Assembly: GCF_963921235.1 (NCBI RefSeq)
Contig: NC_086109.1
Span: 13,704,001 to 13,768,000 of the forward strand
From: Mobula hypostoma
Lineage: Eukaryota
Direction: 5' to 3'
Length of the DNA: 64,000 nucleotides
This document shows, piece after piece, positions 24,991-37,069 of this stretch (within the stretch, counting starts at the first letter, position 1; each line of letters opens with the position of its first letter). Position numbers and translations under genes: made by a program. The notes under the pieces are model-generated. The model made no database searches and was not told the DNA's origin. It saw nothing but the letters and a program-made list of their open reading frames with translations.

Positions 24991-27335
24991 CTGTGTCTGC
25001 ATATTGTATGCAGAGAAAAGCCAGGTCTGTTTTAAACATACCGATACCACCACCAAGTTATTCAGTTATGACCTCACAACTACTGGCTACACTTTCTTCT
25101 GACCCCAAGTACAAAAAAAAGAAGTAACATCTTGTCAAGTTCTGATTCTAACAATTTGAAGGAACCTCAGTGATGCAGCCTTTCTGGAGATGCGATGCTT
25201 TTCTGGCTGGAAACTGCTTTGTTGCGAAGTCCATGTCCAAAACAGAAGGGAAGTTCCACGGTCTTAAGCTCTGTATAATGCTAGTCTTTCCTTGGACTTG
25301 ATCTCTCCATTTGTATAGTTCTTCTGTTGTGTTCTATCCAGCCATTGGTAATAAGAGCGTTATGATTGTGTGGAGTCACCCCCAGCCTCTCAGAAGATTG
25401 TGAACCAACCCAATTGTCTGCCATTTCCTAATATAAAAAACAAGTCTTTTGTTTTCTCAATTGTAAAAAGCTCCACGTGGTGTTGGCTTGAGATAAATGA
25501 TTTTTCTGTTTATTGTATTAAAGGGTCTGACTACACAGAAATTGAAATGTTGTGATTCCCAAACTGAATTTTTTTGAGGAGTCGTCTAGTCTGAGCCCAG
25601 GATGTATATCATTGCAAGTTGTCTGTGTACTGTGTGTAGCAGGGACAGTTGACAACTGTCAAGTTACATAGTTTGAGGAATGTTTTGGTTTTTAGAAGCT
25701 CTGACTGTAACTATCATATTTTGTCACTGTAACATGGATGGACTTTAACCCTCACAATTTCCTCATAACTTTTCCCTCATCAGTTTCATTGTATATTCAA
25801 GTCCAATATATTTTTGTGTGAATTGTGAGGCTCTCCAGACTCAGCCTACAGGTATTTGAAGACAACAGTTATGATCCATTTGAAGGTGATTTCTTACCTC
25901 TTTGTGTACGGGTATCAAGGCTGTGATTATAACTACAGTTGGTAGGGTGGTAGAATGAAACACTAATAGTACTTTAAAATAGTGCTTTAAAGCAACAGGC
26001 AGATAACAACAGAGGTTGCAATCAGAGGTTTAACTTGAGATGAAAAGAGAAGTCTAATTTTGAAGCCAGAGCATCAAAAACACTTGTAGTCCATAATTTG
26101 GCTGGTTTGTGAAGAAGGGCTGGATGTGCTTGTGCATTCTCCTAGGCTCAAAATGATTCTGCACTGTGTACCATGTCAAGGAGATGTATCCATAGTGCTT
26201 TCAGTAAAGGATTTTGGTATTGCTAGCAACAGAGACCATGGAAGTAAAGCCAGTGTGTGCTAGCTTTTAGCCAGTCCACCTGTTACTTGCAGCTCGTGAT
26301 ATTGTAAAAGCCAGCTATCTACTCTCACGATCCATTGATTTGGTTGGAAACTGATTTTCTAGTCATTACAATGGGGTTAGAAGAACTTTATATAAAAAAA
26401 AAAGCTGCTCCTTTGCAACTTAAACTTCGAAGAGATTTTGAAGGAAAAATGTCAGTTTTGAAATTGGGACACATCCAGTGTGGGTTTTAATCAAAAGAAG
26501 TGAAACTCATAAAGCAAAACTTCAGGGAATTACTTCCAAGCTGGCTGTGTTTGTAGTGCCTTAAGGTTTTGATGGCGAACTTTAAGTATACACCCATAAG
26601 CATATATTTGTGTGTTACCAGAGCACTGTGTGTATGTGTGTAATGAGGATCTTCAACTCAGAGGGCAGCAGGAACTGCCCTGTTAACATGGGCTAGGAAC
26701 AGAAGACCAATCTAAAAGAGCTTGGTGCTGCAGAACACTTAAAATTCAGGGCTGGTTGGATCTGTCGCACCTGAGCAGAGTTCATAGACTGCCAAAAATA
26801 CCAGAGAAATGAATGGCCAACTTGTCCTCCCTGAAGGCCACTCTGCTTGGTGATCTTTGTCAGCTCCTGTACCTCAATGTGATGGAGTCCCTGCTTGATG
26901 GAATAACATGAAGGGAAGGAACCAAAGCTTTTAAAGCTTTTCAAAAATAACACCACAGATATTTCACAACACTGAAGCATGCATCTATGTACAAATGCAA
27001 CTTTGTGTTCTAGAGCAGTTCCAATCCTGTAAATATGTAAGTTGCTTTCCTAAAGCAGCGCCTCTCATCAGTATTCTGCAGAAGCAATGCGATTGATCTC
27101 TTGTGAAACTTTGTAAATATTGTTCGTTTTAGTCCAATTATGGTTTGGATTCGAGCTGATAAAAATTAGTTTTAAAAGCTGTTGGGAGTCTGTTTTGTGT
27201 TTCTGCGTTTCTGCATTTCTGCCTTTTGACTTTATCAAGTACTTTTTATTAATTCAAAATGTACATCCATGGTAGTGGGTGATCTTATTTATGACTTGCG
27301 CAGACACCAAAATGTAATAATTTCTTTGTAATAAA
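24837..27335 (+). other. ZC3H11A: Probable long 3' UTR of ZC3H11A
   Basis: About 2.5 kb without recognisable transposons following the stop codon; candidate poly(A) signals GATAAA 27158-27163 (followed by a GT/T-rich tract) and AATAAA 27330-27335. Confidence 0.55.
24961..24988. repeat. (AT)14 microsatellite
   Basis: direct reading. Confidence 0.95.
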
Positions 27336-27403
27336 GAGACTATTGTTCAATTTGTACAGCTTGCTGTGATGACTAGCTCTGCCTGGCAAAAATGGGTAAA
27401 ATA

Positions 27404-27806
27404 CACTCTGTCCATTTTATTAGGTATACAAGTAGAACCTGGCGTGATTTTCTACACACCACAGTTGTTAAGCATAGTTATTTGAATTACTGCTGCCTTC
27501 CTGTTAGCTTGAACCAGTCTGGTCATTCTCTTCTGACCTCTATCACTAACAAGACGTTTTTGCCCACAAATGTTACTGCTTTGTTTCACACCATTCTCAG
27601 TAAACTCGAGAGACTGTTGTGGGTGAAAATTGTAGATCAATTTCTGAGATACTCAAACCACCCCATCTGGCACCAACAATCAGTCCATTCCTTCCCCCAT
27701 TTTGATGTTTAGTCTTGACTATGTCTGCATGCTTTTATGCATTGAGTTGCTGCCACATGATTGGCTGATTGGATATTTATATACCTAATGAAGTGGCCGC
27801 TTAGTG
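27404..27806 (-). mobile_element. Tc1/mariner internal-deletion derivative; second copy at about 56248-56770 (+)
   Basis: TA-flanked TIRs cactc.gt..ca.tttattagg / cctaatgaagtggccgcttagtg; remnant RGQKRMTRLVQANRKA HTH-region peptide. Confidence 0.8.
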
Positions 27807-28979
27807 TAGATCTAAAAAAAAGTCAAATCACTACTTTTCCACACAGGTTTTAAAGTACAATTAAACAACCCAGAATGAGGACAGCACCGATTTATCAAAT
27901 GTGAGGCATAGTCTAACCATGGTTTAATAAATGAATATGCCTTTGCCATTGAATCGCCATGGTTGTGATGGCATTAGATACCAGCCAATTTCTTGTCGAT
28001 AGAAACACCATTCGTAAGAGTGAATGTCAGTATGGTACATGAATGGTGTCCTAACGTGGATATTTTCTGTCCATCACTTTCTAGACCAGAATTGTGATTA
28101 ATGGGACCGGTAAATTTATTTATTTCACAGTTCTTCCTTAACCCCTCATCTTGGGCTGAGTGGGTTACCTTAAACTTTATCCTCTCGGAATTGAAAGATT
28201 GTAAACTTTATGTCATTGTTAAAAATCCAGAATGTTGGAACGAAGATGTTCCATCTGAAGAAGTTTGCATTTGCTTTCAAACTCAGTTTGCATATACTGT
28301 ATATAACTCAATTTTAACAACAAAATTTTTGCCTCAGTATGCATAGATGATTTGATCATTTTTTTTTAGCTATACGTTTTTGGTATTAAGTGCAATTATC
28401 TGAACTTGCACCTATCAGCTGTATACATCAATACATGGAACATTAGTGAATTGATCATCAATGTTAATGCTTGCTGGGTAATGGATCAATCACTCCCATT
28501 TTCCTAACGGATGCACGTACTGGATTGAGCTTCAGACTTAGTTAAATCTCATATCAATCATCACATTTACAACTGATCCAGCTGTAATTTGTGGAGTAGA
28601 AATTTGTTCATGGTTGCTATGTTAATTAGTTTGATAAATTTGTTTACAGTACATAGGTTACCATATACACTACCTTGAGATTCATTGTCTTGCCGACATT
28701 TATGGGGCGGGGGGGAGAGAAATATGTTAGAATTTTACTAATGTGGTAGATTAATGTTTGCATGTTGTTTTCTGCTTCCAAAAGCTAGTTCTATGCACTT
28801 TAATGCGATAGAACATTACAAGCAGGATTTTCTTTGCACTGTATCTCATGCATTTACAATGAGGCTTTAACCTTTGCAGTTAGGTATAAATTTTAGGTAT
28901 TTTTTATGTCAGTTAGCAATACATTCCACAATTTTAGTGCCAGTAGATAGTTGCACAGGGACCTTAGCTGAGGAAGTTT

Positions 28980-29408
28980 AGCATGATGCTGCCTGGTTTA
29001 CAGAGTATGCATTATGATCAGAGATTAAGGGAGCTAGGGCTTTACTCTTTGGAGAGGAGACATGATAGAGGTGTACAAGATAATAAGAGGAATAGATAGA
29101 GTGGATAGCCAGCGCCTCTTCCCCAGGGCACCACTGCTCAATACAAGAGGACTTGGCTTTAAGGTAAGCGGTGGGAAGTTCAAGGGGGATATTAGAGGAA
29201 GGTTTTTTACTCAGAGAGTGGTTGGTGGGTGGAATGCACTGCCTGAGTCAGTGCTGGAGGCAGATACACTAGTGAAGTTTAAGAGACTACTAGACAGGTA
29301 TATGGAGGAAGTTAAGGTGGGGGCTTATATGGGAGGCAGGGTTTAAGGGTTGGCACAACATTGTGGGCTGAAGGGCCTGTACTGTGCTGAACTATTCTAT
29401 GTTCTATG
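28980..29408 (+). mobile_element. CR1 LINE 3' fragment
   Basis: MIEVYKIIRGIDRVD...FFTQRVVGGWNALP; ttctat tail. Confidence 0.9.
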
Positions 29409-30739
29409 ATGTGTGAGAATACTGTGGTATTAAATATACATTTTTGTTTTCCTATTCTGTGATATTCGTTTGAAAAGGAAAACGTGTTTTAAGTATTGTA
29501 TGTTTGGGGGGGGGGAGATAAAATAAAAACAATATCTGCTCCTGGGTCTTGTTGCACTGTCGGCTCTTTTGGCAGATCATGTTGTTTGCATGTAAACCCT
29601 ATACTCAAAGGAATCTATTCTGAAATGTCATGAAAAGAAATTAAAGACTGCAGTTAAAGAAACTTAACTTCCTTTTAGGAATTCCTGGCCCATGAATACT
29701 TAGTGAAAGTATAATACCTTGAACCTTGTTTTCCATGCAATGGGAGCGATTCAAAGCCCATAAATGTTAATACTGTATTACCTCAAATATATTCTGCATT
29801 GCTCTCACCAGTCACCTCAGAACCTGCAGAATTGGGTTGGAAGTGAGTGTATTCAGTCCCAAGGAATGCCTATGAAGAAATTGGACAATTTTGCTAATGT
29901 AAGAACTTGGTGCAGTTCATGGCTTCTAATTGATTGTTGCAAAGTGGTCTGAAATATAACTACTGTAGATGATAGACAGCAATGATATAAATTCTGGCCA
30001 TTGCCTTCAACTGAACCAGATCCCAAAGTCCTTTTAGGCTTTGGCTGAGTTACTGGCATCATACATAGTCTTTCCATCAATAAGACTATCTGTTTCATGG
30101 TAAATATTCGTCCCACCTCAATATTTGCTCATGCCTTTGTTCTTTTTGTTACCCTGTGACTTTACAGTTGTAGTGGTATCTGTCTTGGCTAGCCTCCATC
30201 TGAGAATTCATCCATAAATGCCACCTATGGGTGGCAAGGTAGCACAACTCTTTACAGTACAGGTGACCGGGGTTCAATTCCCACGCTGCCTGTAAGAAGT
30301 TAGCATGTTCTCTCCGTGACCACGTTTGTTTCTTCCCATAATCCAAAGGCGCAAGTTAATTGATCATTGTAAATTGTCCCGTGATCAGGCTGTGAAGGCA
30401 GAGCAATGGTTAACATTTTTGGTCCCGATTCAAGGTTTAAAACCATCCCTCTGCCCCCATAGATGCTGCCTGGTCCGTTGAGTTCTTGCAGCAACTCGGT
30501 CTTTGCTTATAATCTTATTTTGTCTTCACCTGGAGCTTCTCTCTAATACAGCCTGCCTAAGGTCCACCCAAGACCGCTGTGTTCGACCAAATGTGCAAAT
30601 CTTTAAGCCAAACAGTTGTCATCACTGAGCTATTCAAACCGGACCATTTGTTAGAATATAACTGTGCACACTGTTCTCATCAGTAGAATCGTTGTATAGT
30701 ACCATTGTTTATTAATTTGTTTTACGGCTGAGAGCAGGT

Positions 30740-31035
30740 TAATAAACCCGGCCGTGTTATCCGAAGACCTGACACTCGCTCCACCGCTGCAACAGGCGCA
30801 AGTTCCGCCCCGCCAGGGGTCACGTCCCAGAACCCTCCGCAGGGGTGAGAGGTCACGGCACGCCAGCGCGCCATTTTGTAGCGAGGCGAAGCGGCAGCGA
30901 TGGCGTACCGGGGCCAGGCGCAGAAGGTTCAGAAAGTGATGGTGCAGCCCATCGTATCCTTCACACTGAGCGCAGGGGACGGGAGTGGGAGAAGGGCTAG
31001 GGGCGGGGGTAGCAGGAGGTCTGACTGGGATCGGG
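30740..31035 (+). promoter_or_regulatory. SNRPE: CpG-island promoter of SNRPE with YY1-type motif
   Basis: only strongly CpG-rich non-repeat stretch seen; spans the ATG; GCGCCATTTT at 30868-30877; GC boxes (ccgccc, gggcgggg). Confidence 0.75.
30900..30953 (+). CDS. SNRPE: SNRPE (Sm E) exon 1 (MAYRGQAQKVQKVMVQPI)
   Basis: near-identical to the SmE N-terminus; followed by the U12-type donor GTATCCTT. Confidence 0.97.
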
Positions 31036-32336
31036 CCTCACATCCCCAGGTCCCCCACTCATCCTCGTCTTCCTTCCCGGTTCCATTCTTTTCTCCCACT
31101 CTGTTCCCTGACCACGATCCCTTTTCTTTCCCCCATCCCTTTTCTTTCCCCCATCCCTTATCTCTCTTCCCCCCATCCCTTATCTCTCTTCCCCATCCTT
31201 CCTTTCTGCCCCCTCTTCCCCAACACTCTGATTTCTGCTCCTCCCCCCACCAACCATTCTCAGTCCCACCTCCTCCCGATTCCACTCTCCTCCAAAGACT
31301 CCTAAACCTGGCAGGTATGATTAATATTGATGGGCAGAAAGTGTGGCATTGAATGGCCGCTTTTGCTGTAGCTACGATTCTATATCTTTGTGGAAACTGC
31401 TGGTGGACTGTCATGAAGTGTGAGTGAGGCTGGGACTTTTTGTTTGAGAAATATACTTTTGTGAGCGTAAATCTTGCAATTAAATACATTTGATGTGCAA
31501 TACGTGGGATATTTGGATGTAATTTTATTGATAAGTTGCATGAGCCGGTAGAGTGGAGGGTCTTATGTCACGGATTTAATATGATAGGCTATAAGCTTTA
31601 CAAGAGCATTTTCAATCAATCATTGTGGTTGTCATGTTACAGAAAAAATGTAGAAGTTTTGGACAGGGTGCAGAAATTCACCAGGACGTAGCCGGGATTT
31701 AAGAGTAAGGGAAGGTTGGGCGAATTAAGGCTGTTTAATCTGGAGCATCGGAGGCTGAGAGGCAACCTCATGGGTGTTTATACAATGAGCTGTAGGTGCC
31801 TGGGAAGAGCTGCCAGCTAAAATGATGGAAGCATCACTCGCTTTGCTGTTCCTCTTTTCAGAACATCTTTCAACAGCAACTTTTAAGAGGCCTTTCGACT
31901 GGCACAGGAACAGTCAGTGAATGGGGAGATGTAGATCCTGCAGGCAGATGAGATTAGTTTAATTTGACATCGTGAGACGAAGGGCCTACCCCTGTGCTAT
32001 TATGTTCTATATTCTAAAACATGCCACTGAGCTACAGGAAATATTTGACGTAAGTAGCCAAAGACTTTATGAAAGAATTAGGAGCACGTCTATGGCTCTT
32101 GGATGACGATAGGATTGAGCTTGCAAAAAGTGATAGATGTAATAAAATGGTTTGCTACCGGTTAGAAGAATAGTGTTATTTGAAGCAATAATAGGTCATG
32201 TCCTCTGGTTTTAAATAATTTACATGTATTAGAATGACAGCTATCTTAAAATTTATACTGTGTATGTATAGATATTATTTTTAAATATTTATTTGGCTCT
32301 TGCATATAACCATACTCCTTAACTGAACTGCAACAG
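30954..32336 (+). other. SNRPE: U12-type (minor spliceosome) GT-AG intron 1 of SNRPE
   Basis: 5' splice site GTATCCTT (30954-30961); branch site TCCTTAAC (32316-32323) 13 nt before the exon; no polypyrimidine tract. Confidence 0.93.
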
Positions 32337-32363
32337 AATCTTATTTTCAGATACCTTCAGAAT
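32337..32363 (+). CDS. SNRPE: SNRPE exon 2, 27-nt microexon (NLIFRYLQN)
   Basis: cag acceptor, gtaagt donor; matches SmE. Confidence 0.96.
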
Positions 32364-32775
32364 GTAAGTATATGTTTTCGTTTATGGCACAGAATATGTA
32401 GCAAAGACTAAAGACTCTTGAACTGACCTCTTATGATAAAGGGGGCAGATAACCTCACTAGTTATGATTTTGCACCTTATTGTTTACCTGTACTTTCTCT
32501 GTAAGTTTTACACTTTAACCTGTATATTGTTTTACCTCAGTGCACTGTGCGATGATTTGATTGGTATGAACGGTATGTGACAATAATAAACCAATAGTAA
32601 TCTTATAACCTTGTAGGTTTCAGACTTGATTGAATTCAAAGTTCATGTTCCCATCCTTTGACCTGAGTGTTCTAGGCTGGCACTGAAGTTCAGTTACAAT
32701 ACAACAGGGTTCACTTCATGATATTTAAAAAAAAAACAAGTGTCTCATTAAAAATACTGTTTTTTTAAACCATAG

Positions 32776-32838
32776 AGATCTCGAATTCAAGTATGGTTAT
32801 ATGAGCAAGTCAACATGAGGATAGAAGGCTGTATAATT
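32776..32838 (+). CDS. SNRPE: SNRPE exon 3 (RSRIQVWLYEQVNMRIEGCII)
   Basis: tag acceptor, gtaagt donor, 63 nt; matches SmE. Confidence 0.97.
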
Positions 32839-33261
32839 GTAAGTATCAGTTGTCAACTATGATTCTGATAATCAGAAAGATGCTGTAGTTTAAATAGTAA
32901 TTGATCTCAATAATCAATGATGTGATGTTTCTGCTGCAGCATTTTATTGTATAAATAGTTTTTTACTAAAACAATAAATAGTTTTTATTTAACATTTAAC
33001 CCTCTCCAGTGATCCCAAATATGAATTTTAACCCTAAGTTATCTGGGAAGTGTCCTAAAAGGACCAGTCTTTGGTCCTTACTGGAGATGAGCTGCAGGCA
33101 AGCATCGGTACAAGATGACAGGAATCAGCTCAGGATCACTAAGCATCTGCAAGGGTTGAGCTGTGTTCTTAAACCCATAGATTTTCTTCACTTGCAAACA
33201 ATGTCTGCATTCCCACCATTTTTAATTTTTAATTTCTTAAACTGGAAATGTTTTTATTTGA

Positions 33262-33918
33262 AGTATAGAGATTTATGAACATTTGGAGAGGCATAATATG
33301 ATTAGGAATGGTCAGCGTGGCTTTGTCAAAGCCAGGTCCTGCCTTACGAGCCTGATTGAATTTTTTGAGGATGTGACTAAACACACTGATGAAGGTAGGG
33401 CAGTAGATGTAGCGTATATGGATTTCAGCAAGGTATTTGATAAGGCACCCCATGCAAGGCTTATTGAGAAAGTAAGGAGGCATGGGATCCAAGAGGACCT
33501 TGGATCCAGAATTAGATTGCTCACAGAAGGAAAAGAGTAGTTGTAGACGGGTCATATTCTGCATGGAGGTCGGTGATCAGTGTTGTGCCTCAGAGATCTG
33601 TTCTGGGACACCTTCACTTCGTGATGTTTATACATGACCTGAATGAGAAAGTGGAGGGATGGGTTAGTAAATTTGCTGATGACACAAAGGTTTGGGGTGT
33701 TGTGGATAGTGTGGAGGGCTGTCAGAGGTTACAGTGGGACATGGATAGGTTGTAAAGCTGGGTGGGAGGTGGCAGATGGAGTTCAACCTAGATAAGTGTG
33801 AGGTGGTTCATTTTGGTAGGTCATATATGATGGCAGAATACAGTATTAATGGTAAGACTCTTGGTAGTGTGGAGAATCAGAGGGATCTTGGGGTCGAAGT
33901 CCATAGGACACTCAAAGC
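33262..33918 (+). mobile_element. CR1 LINE reverse-transcriptase fragment in SNRPE intron 3
   Basis: Q.GF...RSCLTSLIEFFE, AVDVAYMDFSK.FDK.PH, SKFADDTK motifs, with frameshifts. Confidence 0.92.
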
Positions 33919-34530
33919 AAGAAATAAATCTTGAAATTAATAATGCTGAGAATGCATAGATCTGTTAGCAAGCAAAAAGAATCCATGGGTTTCAGAATCT
34001 ACCTCAAACATTAACCCTTGCAGGTGCTCAGTGATCTCTAGTCATCTCTTGCCGGTGCTGACCAGCAGCCCATCTCCAATTTGTCACAAAAGAGCACTCC
34101 CTTTGGAGCACATCTCCAGATATATTAGGGTGGGCATGGTAGTGTAACGCTATTTCAGCGCCATTGACCCAGGTTTATTTCTTGCTGCTGTCAGTAAGAA
34201 GCTTGTATGTTCCCTCTGTGACCATGTGGGTTTCCGCCCACATTCTAAAGACGTATGGGTGTAGTTGGGTGGTACGGGCCTGTTACTGCACTGTATCTCT
34301 CAATAATAAATAAACTGAGCCTGCATTCTGTTTGTTCTCTATTGTGCTGTGTGCTCGGTGAGCACAGAAACTGTAATTTAAAACCCATCGGCACTAGAGC
34401 ACACCTGATGCCCACGTGGCCCGAGGTTGTTCAATCTGATTTGTCACTAATAGCTGCTCTGTAAATTCGACAAGTGGCAGTTCTAACTGAGGTTTCTCGA
34501 TTGCGGTACGTAATCATTGTTTCTTTTTAG

Positions 34531-34609
34531 GGATTTGATGAATACATGAACCTCGTTTTGGATGACGCAGAGGAGATTCATATGAAATCAAAAGCAAGGA
34601 AACCATTGG
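34531..34609 (+). CDS. SNRPE: SNRPE exon 4 ([26 protein letters not shown], Sm1 motif)
   Basis: tttag acceptor, gtaagt donor, 79 nt; FD..MNL Sm1 motif. Confidence 0.97.
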
Positions 34610-34676
34610 GTAAGTATGCTGATGCAATCTTTCAGTAGCATATCTAAAAATTTATTAAAATACTCAAGTACAGTAG

Positions 34677-34880
34677 TTGGGTTGAGTTGTTCTCCAATCT
34701 TGGCAATTTACTTTCAAACGTTTCATCACCATGCAAAGAGACATTGTCAGTGCACTGTTGATTGTGGTGTGTCCTCCGAATGCTTGGCCTGTATTCGGAG
34801 GATACACCACGTTGCAGGTAAATTGTCAAGATTAGAGAATAACACAACCATCAACCACCCAAGTTATACATCTCCCGAAT
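34677..34880. mobile_element. Inverted Penelope-like terminal fragments (second family) with decayed hammerhead motif on the - strand
   Basis: - strand tgca-ctgacaa-tgtctctttgcatggtgat-gaaac-gtt-tgaa at about 34713-34754; inverted arms. Confidence 0.55.
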
Positions 34881-37069
34881 TATTACCACTAAGGTACAGT
34901 ACTGGGCAAAAGTCTTAGGCACATATATGTAGCTAGGGTGACTAAGACTTTTCCACAGGTCTGTATGTTATGTTTTTTCAGTTACCAAATAATACAAGCT
35001 ATAATAAAAAGGGTTATTTCTTATTTCTGTTTCCCAGCCATCTTCCTATTTTAACCAATATACAGTACTGTGCAATAGTCTTAAGCATATGCCAATCCTC
35101 TCAAAAACAGTTTGGTGTTTTCCTCTAAAGGAGTGTACCTGCCATTCTCCAAAACACCTGTATGCATAGCAAACTAGTGAGGTAACATTGTTTTGATTAA
35201 AGAGCAAATTATTTATGGCTCATCACTTTACAAATGGGCAACCGGAAAGATATGCTGTTACTTCAAAGGCTCAGCTTAACTTGCAGTTAAGCTCTTTGTG
35301 TCCAGTTAGGAAAACAAGGAATATTGTGGATGTGTACTGGTCAGATCCAAAATGCAGTCGCTCTGAGCTCCTCCGTGGGTCGCAAGAGAAAAGGTTGCAC
35401 AGGTCTACTGCTACTAAATGGTGCTTAGAATCGTGTGTGGAAGGTATGGCTGATGCAATGTCATTTGGGAATGAGGGTGTACCTGTTGATACCTTCCCAG
35501 GATCGTAGACAGTTGTGGTTATTTGGTCAAGGTGAAGAAATGCTATCATCAGTGCAATATGGTACCTCCAAAAGGGAGTCGGGGGGGAGGGGGCGCTGGA
35601 GAAAAACACAGCACATTAGTATAATGGTTAGCATAATGCTTTACTGCAAGGTTGGGGTTCAATTCCCACCACTGACTATGAGGAGTTAATATGTGTGGGT
35701 TTCCTCTGCGTGTTCTAGTTTCCTCCCACATTCCAAACACGTACGGAGTCGGCTTACTAAGTTGTGGGCATGCTTTGTTTACACCGGAAGCATGGCAACA
35801 CTTGCCAACTACCCCAGCACATCCTGTGTTGGCTATTGACTCAAAATGACGCATTTCACTGTCAGTTTCAATGTACATGAGACAAATAAAAGCTTATTTT
35901 TTTTTCTACCGATGAAATTTATCCACTGAGTTTGGCTAATTTTTTAATTGTGAAAATGCAGTTGGATTGTGTAACTGAAGTATTAGTCTGATTCTCCTCA
36001 AATTGATCTGTAGAATTTGATAAGCAAACCTTGAGGTTGTTGGTGAATCTCTGACGGATTCAGTACATCTTAAAAACTTAAACAAAGCAGTCAATGTTCA
36101 TTGTTATACCAGATCCTTTATGATTTCCCTGCATTAAGTTTTTTGGGAACTGTTGTGCATTAGCATGAATTCTGAATGCTTTACCTCCTCAAAGTGCATC
36201 ACCACCCCCACTTGCTTCCCCCCCCCAAAAAAAAACCCTGTCATCTAAATTGCTTTAGTTAATGTATCTATCAGTGTATGTTCATTTGACCACTTTCACC
36301 TTCACCTAGGAGTCATGGGTTTGGCAGCAGCAGTTGATCACTGAATGGTTCACTGAAGTAGCAGCTTAGGCTTAAGCGTGAGCTGCCTTGTGTGAGGCCA
36401 TCTTTGGAATGAGGCATTTCCCTCTTAAAAATTTCACCTGCTTTTCAGCAAAGGTCTTCGACTTCTCCTGCTTTTAAACACATTAATTAGCAGTTAACTG
36501 ATATAATGTACAAAGTCGACATGCTTTTTTTTTCACAGCCCTTACAATTAAATACACTCAGTGTGAAACACTTAGTGACACCCTGTATCATAGTGCTTTC
36601 TTGCTGTGTAGTAAACTATTCCAACAAGTGTCAAATATCGCAGTTGACATGATGATGAGTTTATGAGTGATATCTATAAACTTTGCCTCCAAATCTTTTT
36701 GCCAGTGTTGACACCCTCCATCTTGGTTGCCACTGAAGAATACATATAGCTAAAGAATTTGGGGAAACAACTTAATACCCCAGTGTATACAACACATTGC
36801 TCTTGAAGTGCTTTTGTAGTTATAGAAATGTGGCACTGGTTTGTTTCAAGGTCTCACAGAACTTTAGATTTGTTGTTAACACGGTAATTCTCAATGGAGA
36901 TTTATCTACCTGAATTGGCTGTTCAAATGATGCTGTTTAACTTTTTGGTCAACTTCAACAAATCAGAAAGAATGACGCGCCACTTTCCTTAATGCTGGAG
37001 TGTGGATTTCAACTGGAACCTGCTGATGCACCATTAAATGCTGATGAAACAAGTTCCATTCAGTGGGTT

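Noticed and set aside
30900..31489. Long ORFs 30900-31352 (+) and 30929-31489 (-)
   Set aside because: Read-through from SNRPE exon 1 into a low-complexity C/T-rich intron; only the first 18 codons are coding
34335..34500. Hairpins (gtgctc/gagcac) in SNRPE intron 3 as an intronic snoRNA
   Set aside because: No convincing box C/D or H/ACA set; the nearby CTAAC is better explained as the branch point
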